Both the position numbers and the translations under genes were made by a program. The notes beneath the pieces are model-generated. The model was not told where the DNA came from. It saw only the letters and a program-made list of their open reading frames with translations, and made no database searches. From a virus (taxonomy: Duplodnaviria; Caudoviricetes), in IMG/VR virus record IMGVR_UViG_3300021957_006329, positions 1-61,614 of that record: DNA of 61,614 bases. The stretch is one strand, 5' to 3'. Each line of letters opens with the position of its first letter. Within the stretch, counting starts at the first letter, position 1. Of the stretch, positions 27,228 to 37,528 are shown in pieces.

Positions 27228-30200
27228 TCATTGCAGTACATATGGTAAATACGCGGGTAATGTTACTCCGGATGGGTCTACTATGATTTGATCAGCCACC
27301 GGACCATCATATACTAGTTGATCTGCTTCCGGTTCTGTAAAGTCTAAAAGTTCATTTGTCCACTGGATATTGTTCGCTTTAGTATCTCCAGGTATGACTT
27401 TGGGTAACAACTGTGTAATTTTGTTAGATAAATAATTTTGTAGTGGTATCGACCTAACAGATGAATTTCTAACCACAATATTAAATATGTTTGATTTCCG
27501 GGGCGGGGTGGAATGGTTGAATACCTTTTCAATTGTATCTATATAATTTCTACTTCTAGTGGGGCACTCCCAAAACATCTCGGTAACCGGGTTTTTAGAT
27601 CTCATTATATTTAATATATGGTTACGTTTCAACCGGCAGGTGTAAATGTTAAAGTTATTTATATATGTATTTTTACAGGTGTATGATTTTGGTCTAGAAA
27701 GTTTATTTACAAGTAGTGTATCATTCAAGTATGATGTCGCGCCTGCCACAATCGATTGTTTAAACATTTTTGTGAATCTATATTTATCAACTGGAAAATT
27801 GTACACATGATTTGTTACATCTAAAGTACCATCTATCCATATCTCTACACACCCTTTGTCATTGTCTATGACAATGTTAAAGTTATGAAAGTCAGTGTAT
27901 CTATTACTGTTGAGTTTTGTCAAATCGATTTTTAAATTCACTAAATCTGGTTGCTGTTGTTTGAACAGCGGATCTAACAACATTTTCAAGTTTAAATTAT
28001 GTTTAGGGTATCTATTGTAATTAAGCATTGTATGTTCATAATGATTCACAAGCTGTGGTCTCAGGTCAGCCGAATCTATACTGAAGTTAGGAAACTCTCG
28101 TTGGTCAATTTGATTACCAGTCTCAACATCAAATATGTTACCATACATTAAGGTTACACCTTCTGTACCTATAAAATCAAAACCTTCAGTGATGAACTCA
28201 TATTCACCGTCTATCACTCTACCAGCTGTGTTGTCTGACTCTATATTGAACCGGTCTTGAGTTTGCTCACCAAATCTCAAATTACCTTCCATGAACGGGT
28301 ATATTATCTGAGTTGTATCGTCAAATGTAGATAAATCATCATACACCGGGTCTAGTGGGTTAGTGAAACGATCTCGTGTAAATTGATTACCGTCTTGTGT
28401 CCATGGGCTAGCCTTACGATAATCTTCATGGTCCGGATCGTTTGTAGGGTGGTTCACGGGTCCGATGTCATATGTTATTACTTCCTCACCAGCCACTTTG
28501 CCTAACACCATTACACGTTCTTGAACCTCATTATCGACCATGTCACGTGTTAGCACTAGCGATAATATTTCTTGTTCTTCTATTTCACGAGTCACTAGCA
28601 GTTTTCTGTCTTTATTGTACTTAGATAATATATTCTCTTGATGTGCTAACCAGATATTTTCATTTCTATCGATTGCGTAGTCTGCTATTCTCAAGGGTAC
28701 AGTTGAGTCAGACAGATTGTTATCTGTTAAATGACCTGGTATCAATTCAAGAGTTTTAGTATCATATACATATATAACGTCATGCTTCACCTGCAAACCG
28801 GTGATAGTACTAGTGGCTCCACGTACAAGCTGCCATATGTACCTGTTACCTACCTTCACAATATCAGAATACCCTACATATACAGAGCGGTGATGTTGAT
28901 ATGGCGCTGGGTCATTTTTGATACATATTTTTGTTGGTGGGCCGGACTCAGATATGTCCCGTCCGTAGTTGTAATCAACGTTATTTGACCCTAGTTGCTC
29001 CGGGATGGGGATGCTGACCAGACATGACTTATCTAATGTTTTCAAGGCCTTGCTTACCATATCGAATGTATGTATCTGATAATCTTGTGCCTCGGTTCCT
29101 GTATGTGATAATATGTATATCAACTGCTCATCATAAGCAGTGTCGATCACGGTAATGTCTTGTGACAATAATGTAGATAGGTTATAAACGGATGTTATAA
29201 CCCCGTCATGAGATGCTTCTATAATGGTACCATTTTCCGAGAGTATGAATAGATTCTCCGGTAACTCACGTATTATTAGCGATACAAACAGTGATGGACT
29301 TTCTGTATCATCAATGAAGCTATCATTTGTTATGTAATTGTACAATTTGTATGAGTTGTCATATACACGCAAACTAGAATTTTGTTGAACACCACCAACT
29401 GCGGCTCCATCAGATCCAAAAATGAACAAGAATGGGCTAGTATCATTAGTGTTAAACAGACCAAACCCGTTGGTTGTGTAGTTACCTAAAACTTGATGGC
29501 CAAAGGGTGCTCTGAACTCCTTTATATTTAGATCGAAATTTATACTGATTGCATCAAAGTCCGGTAATTTAGTCAATTGTGTGGCCCGGGCGATACTCTC
29601 ACCAGTGAGTTCTATAGTACCATCAGCATCTCCAAGCTGCTGTCCACCTATTGTTTGATATGTGTCAAATCCTTTTTGTATATGAGAGGGGTCAAGTTCT
29701 GACAATATGTTGTTTAGATCTTTGTTAGTCAATCTATAGTATGCATAAAAACATCCCGGTTCCAAAGTCAATTTGCTAGGTCTATCTATGACCGTATCTG
29801 TTGTGTTATATACATCAAATTGATTACTATCATACCTAGCATGAGAGAAGATGTTTGAACTGGTCAGAGCTTGTACATAACCAACCTCATCAGGCTTGTA
29901 GTATCTATCCATCCATACAGGCTCAACATCTGGGTCATCCCCTCCAGATAACCAAGTACATAACCATGTACCTAACTGCTGGTCTGTTGGGTCTCCCCAC
30001 CTTGTATACTTACCATAACCAGCGTTCTTCTTGTATATCTTATCTGAATCACCTGGAGATGTACCGGCGATCGCACCGCTAGAATGTAAGTTTGTGTCAT
30101 TGATATTGACACGATTATACGGAGTTATATCCTGAGGGGTGTTGAAATAGTTCATCCCCGGGGCGAATGTATACTCCTTACTACTGGATGTATATTCCAA

Positions 30201-31460
30201 TGATATGTTGCTACTACCACCGGTTTGATTTGAACCTGTAAAAACCTTGTTATAGTCTCTATGATATTCATTCGATTGACCCGGGAAGATATTGTTACTA
30301 GAGTTAATATTACTAGGTGTCTGTAAATTTTTAAGACCGAAAAAGTTGACCGGGAACGACTCCCCAGTAAGGAAGTAGTACTCGGAATGGACTAGAGTGT
30401 TCACTTGTTGAGAAGATGTCTTATCTTTATCTATTTCTAGTTGATTGTAGTTGATATCCTTTTTGTAATTGAACACATGGGATTGTATAACATTCTTAGA
30501 AATGTTAGTTTCATATCGCGGCCTTGTCCTGAGTGTTGTATCCGGTGTTAATTCAAGAACATTAGGAGATTGCGTTTCAGTGTCCCCATCACCATCTGGG
30601 TCTAACATGTCTTCTAGTCGGATGGGAAGGCTAGCTGGATTCGTTTGTCTATCCTCATCACTCAACAGCTTCAACACGTGCGTACTAGCGTTCAATTGCT
30701 TGTAGAAACGGATGAGACCTTCTCTACTCCTAGTGTATTGAAACTTAATCTTATTACCACCACTAGCTTCAATCTCAACCGGGTTGTTTTCTAGTGATGG
30801 TTCTATAGTTATTTTCACAAACTTTAGTGTTTCTCCCTCTTCATCTTTGTGAGATAGGTACCATCTATCATCCCCGGTTTGATGATATATATAACAGTTT
30901 ATACTGTCAATATACATTATATTAAAATAATAATTTTGAGGTAATGTCTTTTTTGTTTTAAGGTCAATAAACTTCTCAGCATTAATATTTTTGTAGAGGT
31001 CTGTAGAATCTGAATCTACCGCGCTGTCTATTGTTAAATATGTTGAAATTGTATCTTGCCCGTCCGCGCTCAATGCAGAAGTTGCGGAAGTTGCGGTGAT
31101 CTCAGAACCGGAAGTCGCGCTTGCTGCGGTCAAACATGTATCTTGGTTGGCTGTTAATGCGCTCAACGGGTCACTAGTCAACCGGTGAAATGCTAAAAAT
31201 GTAGTATCTATACTAGGATACGTAAAGGGTATGGGTTGTATTTCAAAAAACTCAACAGTATTGGTAGGTTGAGTTAAATAAAAATTCGATGATTTATTAA
31301 ATGAGTAATCTCTAACATCTTGTAGGAAGTTGTGATAAGAGTATGAATAACCTTGTTCATATGTAATTGTATTCCGGAGAGTTTTTATTGTAGGGTCCAG
31401 TCTATATTCTGCTTCTAGTGCCGGCATTACAACAATACCATCTATAGTAAATGATTGCAT
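27228..31460 (-). CDS. large virion structural protein (baseplate/fibre; LamG- and propeller-like regions)
   Basis: 1410 aa, beta-rich; FHNFNIVIDNDKGCVEIWIDG is LamG-like; CTAAATA box upstream. Confidence 0.6.
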   Translation of the reverse strand: MQSFTIDGIVVMPALEAEYRLDPTIKTLRNTITYEQGYSYSYHNFLQDVRDYSFNKSSNFYLTQPTNTVEFFEIQPIPFTYPSIDTTFLAFHRLTSDPLSALTANQDTCLTAASATSGSEITATSATSALSADGQDTISTYLTIDSAVDSDSTDLYKNINAEKFIDLKTKKTLPQNYYFNIMYIDSINCYIYHQTGDDRWYLSHKDEEGETLKFVKITIEPSLENNPVEIEASGGNKIKFQYTRSREGLIRFYKQLNASTHVLKLLSDEDRQTNPASLPIRLEDMLDPDGDGDTETQSPNVLELTPDTTLRTRPRYETNISKNVIQSHVFNYKKDINYNQLEIDKDKTSSQQVNTLVHSEYYFLTGESFPVNFFGLKNLQTPSNINSSNNIFPGQSNEYHRDYNKVFTGSNQTGGSSNISLEYTSSSKEYTFAPGMNYFNTPQDITPYNRVNINDTNLHSSGAIAGTSPGDSDKIYKKNAGYGKYTRWGDPTDQQLGTWLCTWLSGGDDPDVEPVWMDRYYKPDEVGYVQALTSSNIFSHARYDSNQFDVYNTTDTVIDRPSKLTLEPGCFYAYYRLTNKDLNNILSELDPSHIQKGFDTYQTIGGQQLGDADGTIELTGESIARATQLTKLPDFDAISINFDLNIKEFRAPFGHQVLGNYTTNGFGLFNTNDTSPFLFIFGSDGAAVGGVQQNSSLRVYDNSYKLYNYITNDSFIDDTESPSLFVSLIIRELPENLFILSENGTIIEASHDGVITSVYNLSTLLSQDITVIDTAYDEQLIYILSHTGTEAQDYQIHTFDMVSKALKTLDKSCLVSIPIPEQLGSNNVDYNYGRDISESGPPTKICIKNDPAPYQHHRSVYVGYSDIVKVGNRYIWQLVRGATSTITGLQVKHDVIYVYDTKTLELIPGHLTDNNLSDSTVPLRIADYAIDRNENIWLAHQENILSKYNKDRKLLVTREIEEQEILSLVLTRDMVDNEVQERVMVLGKVAGEEVITYDIGPVNHPTNDPDHEDYRKASPWTQDGNQFTRDRFTNPLDPVYDDLSTFDDTTQIIYPFMEGNLRFGEQTQDRFNIESDNTAGRVIDGEYEFITEGFDFIGTEGVTLMYGNIFDVETGNQIDQREFPNFSIDSADLRPQLVNHYEHTMLNYNRYPKHNLNLKMLLDPLFKQQQPDLVNLKIDLTKLNSNRYTDFHNFNIVIDNDKGCVEIWIDGTLDVTNHVYNFPVDKYRFTKMFKQSIVAGATSYLNDTLLVNKLSRPKSYTCKNTYINNFNIYTCRLKRNHILNIMRSKNPVTEMFWECPTRSRNYIDTIEKVFNHSTPPRKSNIFNIVVRNSSVRSIPLQNYLSNKITQLLPKVIPGDTKANNIQWTNELLDFTEPEADQLVYDGPVADQIIVDPSGVTLPAYLPYVLQ

Positions 31461-31470
31461 CAGTTAATAT

Positions 31471-32139
31471 TTAGGTTTCTGTACCGCATAGTTCACTTGT
31501 TTCTGTACCGCATAGTTCACTTGTTTCTGTACCGCATAGTTCACTTGTTTCTGTACCGGTGGTTGCTGTCGTTATTGTTATAAGAGAGTCAGTATCACCA
31601 TATGCAAATTCTGATGCGAGGTACCACCCGGCCGGGCCTTGTAAGATTATATCCAATGAGCCAGAAGCGCTAATTGCAGGAGCAGTAAAATATATATTGT
31701 TATTATTTAACACCACCCATGAATCAATTTGTATTCCGGAAAATGGGGGATTTTCTGTTGATAATCTATTATCATATTTATCATTAAAATAACTATATTC
31801 CTGGGCAGATGTACCAAACATTTCAGTCGTGCTACCACTCAGGTAAAGATTTGTCATGTTGTACATGTTGTAACCTTCGATGTATATGTCAAAAGGTTCA
31901 AGTGTATCTGCTCGTAACAATTTACGTTTTTTAGTATTATCTAATGTCACATATGTAACACTAGGCGCTCCGCGGAGACTACCCGTTCGATTACCAGCGA
32001 AACTACCACGTCTATCATTAGGGTTACCGGCGACTACATCTTCTATATATGCTTGGTCTTTAGTTGGGTTCAGCTGTCTGATGTTACGTTCTTCATTTTC
32101 TATACCCCAATCAGTTATATCTTTAGCGTTTCTTCCCAT
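31471..32139 (-). CDS. structural protein, IPT/Ig-like, with C-terminal GTETSELC repeats
   Basis: IYFTAP...GSLDIILQGPAGW; starts just after the gp15 stop. Confidence 0.55.
   Translation of the reverse strand: MGRNAKDITDWGIENEERNIRQLNPTKDQAYIEDVVAGNPNDRRGSFAGNRTGSLRGAPSVTYVTLDNTKKRKLLRADTLEPFDIYIEGYNMYNMTNLYLSGSTTEMFGTSAQEYSYFNDKYDNRLSTENPPFSGIQIDSWVVLNNNNIYFTAPAISASGSLDIILQGPAGWYLASEFAYGDTDSLITITTATTGTETSELCGTETSELCGTETSELCGTET
31475..31558. repeat. perfect 24-bp tandem repeat x3.5 (gtttctgtaccgcatagttcactt)
   Basis: direct reading. Confidence 0.95.
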
Positions 32140-32140
32140 G

Positions 32141-32890
32141 TTATTCGTTGTTTGTGGTTTTGTAATCATTCAAATTTCCACCCTCAAGATCATCGATTGA
32201 TGAAACTGACACAAAGTTTGTTTCAATATCAAAAACTGTACCTACTCCGGTCTGTGGTGGTTTGGTGAATAGCCATCCTTTGATTGTAAAGCCAGTACTG
32301 GCAGAGACTCTATAAGGTTGTGTAGCTGTTAGATCTTTTGGGTAATCTAGAGTTATATTACCGTTCCACAACACTTCAGACCTCAACTCTTGAATAGGTG
32401 CATCTTTATCTAAGAATGGATCTAGATACTTATCACCTTGAGGAATTTTCCATGACAATATAATATATGGGTTACAATATGGCGCGAAGTTGGTTATTAA
32501 CTGATCCATATCTTGTTGATACTTGGTCATGATGTCCATTGTAATTTCCAAGTTCACAGGGTTGACCGGGGGTACTTTGTCATACATGTTTGAAACATTA
32601 TCTATAGAATATCTTTGAGGGTATTGAAAACCTTCAATTTTGTTAAAGACTCGACCAGGATCCCGGGTGATGCTAACCAAGCTCACAGCGACAACAGGTA
32701 GCTGTATGTGCTGGCTCTTGTTTATTAGATCATGAACCACTCGTTGCTTGTGCGCATATACATATCTCGCTTCAAAACTTTTCTCCGGTTCTCGTTTTTG
32801 ATTGAATCTTTTTACAACTCCTTCATCAAATGCAGATAGAAATTGTGTTATTAGATCCTTTATTTCAAAATTATATGTATGATACCTCAC
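32141..32890 (-). CDS. T4 gp15-like tail sheath stabiliser / tail completion protein
   Basis: Y.YA.KQR, LPVVAV...I.RDP.R, QDMDQLITNFAPY.NP, FTIKGWLF. Confidence 0.75.
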   Translation of the reverse strand: MRYHTYNFEIKDLITQFLSAFDEGVVKRFNQKREPEKSFEARYVYAHKQRVVHDLINKSQHIQLPVVAVSLVSITRDPGRVFNKIEGFQYPQRYSIDNVSNMYDKVPPVNPVNLEITMDIMTKYQQDMDQLITNFAPYCNPYIILSWKIPQGDKYLDPFLDKDAPIQELRSEVLWNGNITLDYPKDLTATQPYRVSASTGFTIKGWLFTKPPQTGVGTVFDIETNFVSVSSIDDLEGGNLNDYKTTNNE

Positions 32891-32901
32891 ATAATTATTT
32901 A

Positions 32902-34506
32902 TTACGCGAACCTCTGTATGAAATGTTTTGGTAGTTTATGTTTACATTTAGTTATAATCTTTCCGGAAAGCCCGTCCATTATATATGTGGTGGACCAATC
33001 ATCTGCAGATCTCGTCGCGCGGCCACACGCTTGTACTAGAGTGTTGAGCATTTTATTCTGGTACCACTCACTATTATGGTCAAATAATCTCTTTATACGC
33101 TTGTCTAATAATGGTAGATACGGTAACTTCAATATGATTTGAAATCTAGCAAGATCATCTTTTAGATCAACCCCATACGTCAACGAGGGTGACACTAGTA
33201 CTGTTGGCCTATCTAGAGTTTGATGCTGTTGTAATATATCCTCGTTTGATGTACCACTCTCTCTAAATAACAACCGATCGCTACATATTGTATCTTTTAT
33301 ATATTGCGCGATCTCATGAGTATGTGTATGTATTACACCTTTTTGATTTTTGTGATGATCTAATATACTTTCTATATCGTCTACAATTTTAGGTAAGTAT
33401 TTACTCATTGTCTTTCTACTTAATGGGTATTTAGTGGAAACATATATAGGTGACTTTTTAGCATCAAATCCGGATTCAATCTCTATATGCTCATACTCTT
33501 CTATACCTAATGTCTTTGCAAAACTCTTAGGGTCAATTATAGTAGCGCTCATGAGCAATTTTTTTTCTCCGAAACCTAAAATATTTTGTGCCAACTTATT
33601 TACATATAATGGTGTGAGCATCACCTTATTGTAATCCTTTTCAACAATATACTCACACTCGTAAAAATTGTTCGCGCATATAGTCACATGTGACAATAGC
33701 TGATTTATGAATCTATACTTGGTTTGTGAACCACTAGTCCAGGTGCTTTTTTTCTGTAATGTACGTTGCAAGAACAGTCTCTGCTCTTGCAACATTTGTA
33801 CTAGATCATCTAACCATGCATACACTGCTAACGGTTCGTCTGTAGTTAATTTTTTTATAGATATGTTATGTCGTTTCAACTTCTCATATTCTATTTTACA
33901 GCTACATTGTGATACAAGCTCATCTTCTAACTCGCTAGCCTCATCACATATCAAAAACTCTCTAGATTTTACATGTCCCGGGAGATTCATGAACATTTTG
34001 TAATTTGTAACACCGAACTGACCTACAAGTAAATCACGTCGATTGTTATGATAATTACATTTATGGTTGATTCTATGATTGTGTAATATTTTCCTAGGTA
34101 TTACGGCAGATTCAATTTCTACATCCATAGTATTATCCAATGTGCTCATGTAGTTGCTCTTACCTTTGAGCGTTTCACTATTGAAAAGCTTCACATATTG
34201 GTCCTGCAATGCCTTTGTTATTGTCAGTACGAGACCACCATGAGGTTCAACCGGAGTAGTATCCGCATAGTTACCGTGCTGATCAACATCAAATGCAGAA
34301 TAATTATATATGTTTTCATATTTGGAATCCGACACTCCTCTCGCGCTGTTACTGAGTGTGCTAGCAAAGAAGCTTTTTCCGGACCCTGTAGGAGCTGTTA
34401 GTATCACAGTTGATGTACTCTCAAAAGCGTTTTGTAGTTTTACTAATGCCTTTGATTGTAAATCGGTAGGTTGGTAATTCTTCGGAAAGTGTTGTCTTAA
34501 ATCCAC
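32902..34506 (-). CDS. DinG/XPD-family SF2 helicase
   Basis: APTGSGKS, DEAS, MSAT, SPSL.YGVDLKDD.ARFQII.KLPY, QACGRATRS.DD. Confidence 0.85.
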   Translation of the reverse strand: MDLRQHFPKNYQPTDLQSKALVKLQNAFESTSTVILTAPTGSGKSFFASTLSNSARGVSDSKYENIYNYSAFDVDQHGNYADTTPVEPHGGLVLTITKALQDQYVKLFNSETLKGKSNYMSTLDNTMDVEIESAVIPRKILHNHRINHKCNYHNNRRDLLVGQFGVTNYKMFMNLPGHVKSREFLICDEASELEDELVSQCSCKIEYEKLKRHNISIKKLTTDEPLAVYAWLDDLVQMLQEQRLFLQRTLQKKSTWTSGSQTKYRFINQLLSHVTICANNFYECEYIVEKDYNKVMLTPLYVNKLAQNILGFGEKKLLMSATIIDPKSFAKTLGIEEYEHIEIESGFDAKKSPIYVSTKYPLSRKTMSKYLPKIVDDIESILDHHKNQKGVIHTHTHEIAQYIKDTICSDRLLFRESGTSNEDILQQHQTLDRPTVLVSPSLTYGVDLKDDLARFQIILKLPYLPLLDKRIKRLFDHNSEWYQNKMLNTLVQACGRATRSADDWSTTYIMDGLSGKIITKCKHKLPKHFIQRFA

Positions 34507-34533
34507 AACAATATTGTATGAACATATATAGGA

Positions 34534-34884
34534 TTATTCAACACCTATAATACGTACATGTTTGTTAAAGAACCGATTTGTTTTTTCTGGTATATGTTTC
34601 GTTATGTTGTCGATTGTGTCTTCGCGACCATGACATAGTGTGTATATTGTATAATCTAAGTTTACAGTCACTGTGGGTGCGTCGTAATTAAATTCAAACG
34701 GGTATGGTATTTCATAGTTTTTAGGTTCGTTTTTTTGATTCAACATCAACAAGCAAATACATGCATTCTTTTGTGACACCAGCAGTAGTTTACCGGTTTT
34801 GATACTCTTATTACCGCATATAATTCTAACGTTACGTTGTAATAAATCGGTGAATGTATGTTCTATTTTTTCGCGTGTTAACAT
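34534..34884 (-). CDS. hypothetical protein
   Basis: tandem ORF; YEIPYPF motif. Confidence 0.6.
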   Translation of the reverse strand: MLTREKIEHTFTDLLQRNVRIICGNKSIKTGKLLLVSQKNACICLLMLNQKNEPKNYEIPYPFEFNYDAPTVTVNLDYTIYTLCHGREDTIDNITKHIPEKTNRFFNKHVRIIGVE

Positions 34885-34887
34885 ATG

Positions 34888-35262
34888 TCAGGATGCCATA
34901 AAGGCGATTTTATCTTGCTGGGACATGGTTACAAAGGTTTCGTTGAACACTCCCCAGAATGTATCATCACCAGGGTATGTTGTTATGATATTCACACTTT
35001 CCGCGCTAACCATGCGGAAATCTTGCATGAGAATGTCCCATACTAAGCTCAAACCTTTACCTGACACATTGTAAGGGAACCCGGAACCGGATGGGGGCAT
35101 GTAATTTAGAACAGTCCGACCATTAGTACTGTTGAGTATGGTACTGTCCATGGTGCATAACATTCTTCGAGTCGGTGTGACACCGGGGCGTAATCTACGG
35201 CGGTTGAATTTTATATCCAGTACATTGGACTGTAACAGACCGTTTAGCTGGCCAGGGCTCAT
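34888..35262 (-). CDS. SH3-barrel / WYL-like small protein
   Basis: IKF.RR...RRMLCT...VWDI...DFRMV pattern. Confidence 0.55.
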   Translation of the reverse strand: MSPGQLNGLLQSNVLDIKFNRRRLRPGVTPTRRMLCTMDSTILNSTNGRTVLNYMPPSGSGFPYNVSGKGLSLVWDILMQDFRMVSAESVNIITTYPGDDTFWGVFNETFVTMSQQDKIAFMAS

Positions 35263-35696
35263 ACTACAGCATCTTCGCCGAGCTTTTCAAGCTTACCGAA
35301 GATTCGCTGTGCGTTGATGAACTGTCCTTTCTTGACTGTGATGTATTCTTTACCGGATTTCACTATTAAATTGCTCACCGGTATCCCCATGTTGTTCGGA
35401 AACGTTACATAATCTCCGGTGGTTGTAGTTAGTGCACTTTTGCCTTGTAGTATTACTTTACCAATTCTCCAGGCTTTAGGGTTTCCGTTAAGTGGTACTA
35501 CGATACCATCTCTAATAATCTCTTCTCCAGTTTCGAACCGGTCAGCGAATTCAATCAACACTATATCGTCTTCTAGAGACTCTACGGCGTAACCGATTAG
35601 TGTCGAATCTAATGAATCTTCATGCGCGGAGGATAAGTCAATTAAACTCTTGGTCGGTTCAATCGTGTCAATGTTAGCTTTTTGTTGGTTGGTCAT
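35259..35696 (-). CDS. GroES-like co-chaperonin (gp31 analogue)
   Basis: LEDDIVLIE..GIVVP..GKVILQG..GDYVTFP. Confidence 0.6.
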   Translation of the reverse strand: MTNQQKANIDTIEPTKSLIDLSSAHEDSLDSTLIGYAVESLEDDIVLIEFADRFETGEEIIRDGIVVPLNGNPKAWRIGKVILQGKSALTTTTGDYVTFPNNMGIPVSNLIVKSGKEYITVKKGQFINAQRIFGKLEKLGEDAVV

Positions 35697-36069
35697 ATTT
35701 TGATAAATCTAAATTTAGTTGTTCTTTATAAAGATTTATCTCCCTTTTGGATAATTCAAGGTTTTTAGCCAACTTTGATACTATCTGTGAGTCTTTATTT
35801 TCAGTTTTATGTTTTTTTATATAATTGATTCTAGTGAAACGTTCCCGTGGTACAATATAATGTAAAAATTTATAATGGTCTGATTTGCTCTCAAACACTT
35901 GATACATTGTGTTAACCGTAGTGTTTATCACATTACATGTTTGTTTGTTCAGCATGCTGCACCATCTGTTAATTAAAAATGGCTGGTAATCGCTTTGCTG
36001 ATCAATCGCTTTAATTGATGCGGATTTTTTAGTGAATAATATATTTGATAGATAGTTAAATATGTTCAC
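35674..36069 (-). CDS. T4 gp62-like clamp-loader small subunit
   Basis: YQPFLINRWCSM; HYKFL; LELSKRE...Y. Confidence 0.65.
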   Translation of the reverse strand: MNIFNYLSNILFTKKSASIKAIDQQSDYQPFLINRWCSMLNKQTCNVINTTVNTMYQVFESKSDHYKFLHYIVPRERFTRINYIKKHKTENKDSQIVSKLAKNLELSKREINLYKEQLNLDLSKYDQPTKS

Positions 36070-36659
36070 TTAACTATTGTTTTTGTTGTGGCTAGAAACA
36101 TATCATCATTCATTTGATAGAACATGTCAACAACCTCTTTCATGAACTGTGTAGCTTGTCTGTTGTCTAGACCGGTTGAGTACGCATGACTAGGGGCTTT
36201 GTCTCCAGCAGTGATGTTTATTCCGGTATGACCTAAACTTACATTATCTCTTACATATGTTATGCTCACGCTGCATTTACCTTTGCTCTGTTTGACACCA
36301 CCCTGTTCATGATCTTTATGCACGATGATATCGTCCCCATCCACTTCGATTGGAGCATGTAAATAGTTAGAGCTGAGCAGGTTGGCTATGTTGGTGTTGA
36401 ACAGTCGTTGCCAAGCTACTGCACCAAAGGCATCATTCAAGCATGGGATTTCCCATAGAAAGTTTATCGCATCATCGCTATATATAAATTCATTCTTTAT
36501 GATATCTTCACTGTCAATCATTCCATCCGCTTCTACTAGCATGGGGCTCCTGAAGGCGATAATATTACCAATCGGTAATGTCTTTTCTCTAAAAAATTTA
36601 TATGCGAATCTATTATGCAGTAGCTCTCCGTCGTAATTTTCAATACTATTAACAATCAT
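36066..36659 (-). CDS. DUF366-like protein (class II aaRS / BPL-like fold)
   Basis: YDG..L...FAY, IAFR.P, MID.ED, IYSDD..NF, GDDI, GK.SVSI, HTGINI; promoter TTGAAA-N17-TATAAT at 36666-36694. Confidence 0.6.
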   Translation of the reverse strand: MIVNSIENYDGELLHNRFAYKFFREKTLPIGNIIAFRSPMLVEADGMIDSEDIIKNEFIYSDDAINFLWEIPCLNDAFGAVAWQRLFNTNIANLLSSNYLHAPIEVDGDDIIVHKDHEQGGVKQSKGKCSVSITYVRDNVSLGHTGINITAGDKAPSHAYSTGLDNRQATQFMKEVVDMFYQMNDDMFLATTKTIVK

Positions 36660-36697
36660 ACATATATTATAACTGATTAACGCGGTGTTTTCAAGTG

Positions 36698-37528
36698 TTA
36701 ATCATGTAAATGTACATCTGCTAAAGACAGCATCTCCTCATATTTTTGAGAGGATTGGTTATATAATTGATGTATTAATTGATGTAATGGGTTTGCATCA
36801 ATAGGCATGCATGAGCCTTTACTCCGGATAAAATTTAATTTAGGTCCATGAAAATGCTTGATCCTAGCTTGGCTGTCTGACAAGGTACCATTATTCATGT
36901 AAGGTGTCCAGTTCCAATACCGGCGTTGGAGTCTGGTGATTGTATTCACCGGATAAAAATTGTTGAGAGCTGCTTGATCATAAGGATTAAATGTAGCAAT
37001 CCCTGTGTTATATACATACTCCATAAATGATGAGTATGTGTTTTGCATATATTCAACATTCATTACCATTACTCCCGTGTTGTAGTGTCGTTGTGCATCA
37101 CCTTCAAAACTACATGCGAATCTAGGAATACCGTCAGTAGTTAGCATCACCGGATTCCATTTGTCTGTAAAGATCACATCAACATCCGTATATAGTACGT
37201 GTGTGGGGTTGATATCTAAGGAACGTACTATGTTTGGTATTTCAACTCTCAACCATGCTCCTTTCGCTATTCCATGATTGAATGTATCACTCATATCCTG
37301 ATTAATACTATCAACAAGTAATGTTTGATTACAGTCTAACATTGTAACATTTTTTGATACTAACCAATCATACATATCACTCTTCTCCCCGGTGTATAAA
37401 CACCAGGTCTTTAAATTAGTGTTCACCCGGCAACTGTTAATTGCTATTTTGAGATGATCTTTGTATATAGATGTTTTTAAGCTATCTAAATTTACGCCGA
37501 AAAAATTATGATGTAAGGTTATTTCCAT
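36698..37528 (-). CDS. glycosyltransferase family 8
   Basis: VLYTDVDV, NTGVMVMN, DQAALN, HFHGPK. Confidence 0.8.
   Translation of the reverse strand: MEITLHHNFFGVNLDSLKTSIYKDHLKIAINSCRVNTNLKTWCLYTGEKSDMYDWLVSKNVTMLDCNQTLLVDSINQDMSDTFNHGIAKGAWLRVEIPNIVRSLDINPTHVLYTDVDVIFTDKWNPVMLTTDGIPRFACSFEGDAQRHYNTGVMVMNVEYMQNTYSSFMEYVYNTGIATFNPYDQAALNNFYPVNTITRLQRRYWNWTPYMNNGTLSDSQARIKHFHGPKLNFIRSKGSCMPIDANPLHQLIHQLYNQSSQKYEEMLSLADVHLHD

Noticed and set aside
31475-31558. CRISPR mini-array
   Set aside because: Head-to-tail tandem repeat with no spacers
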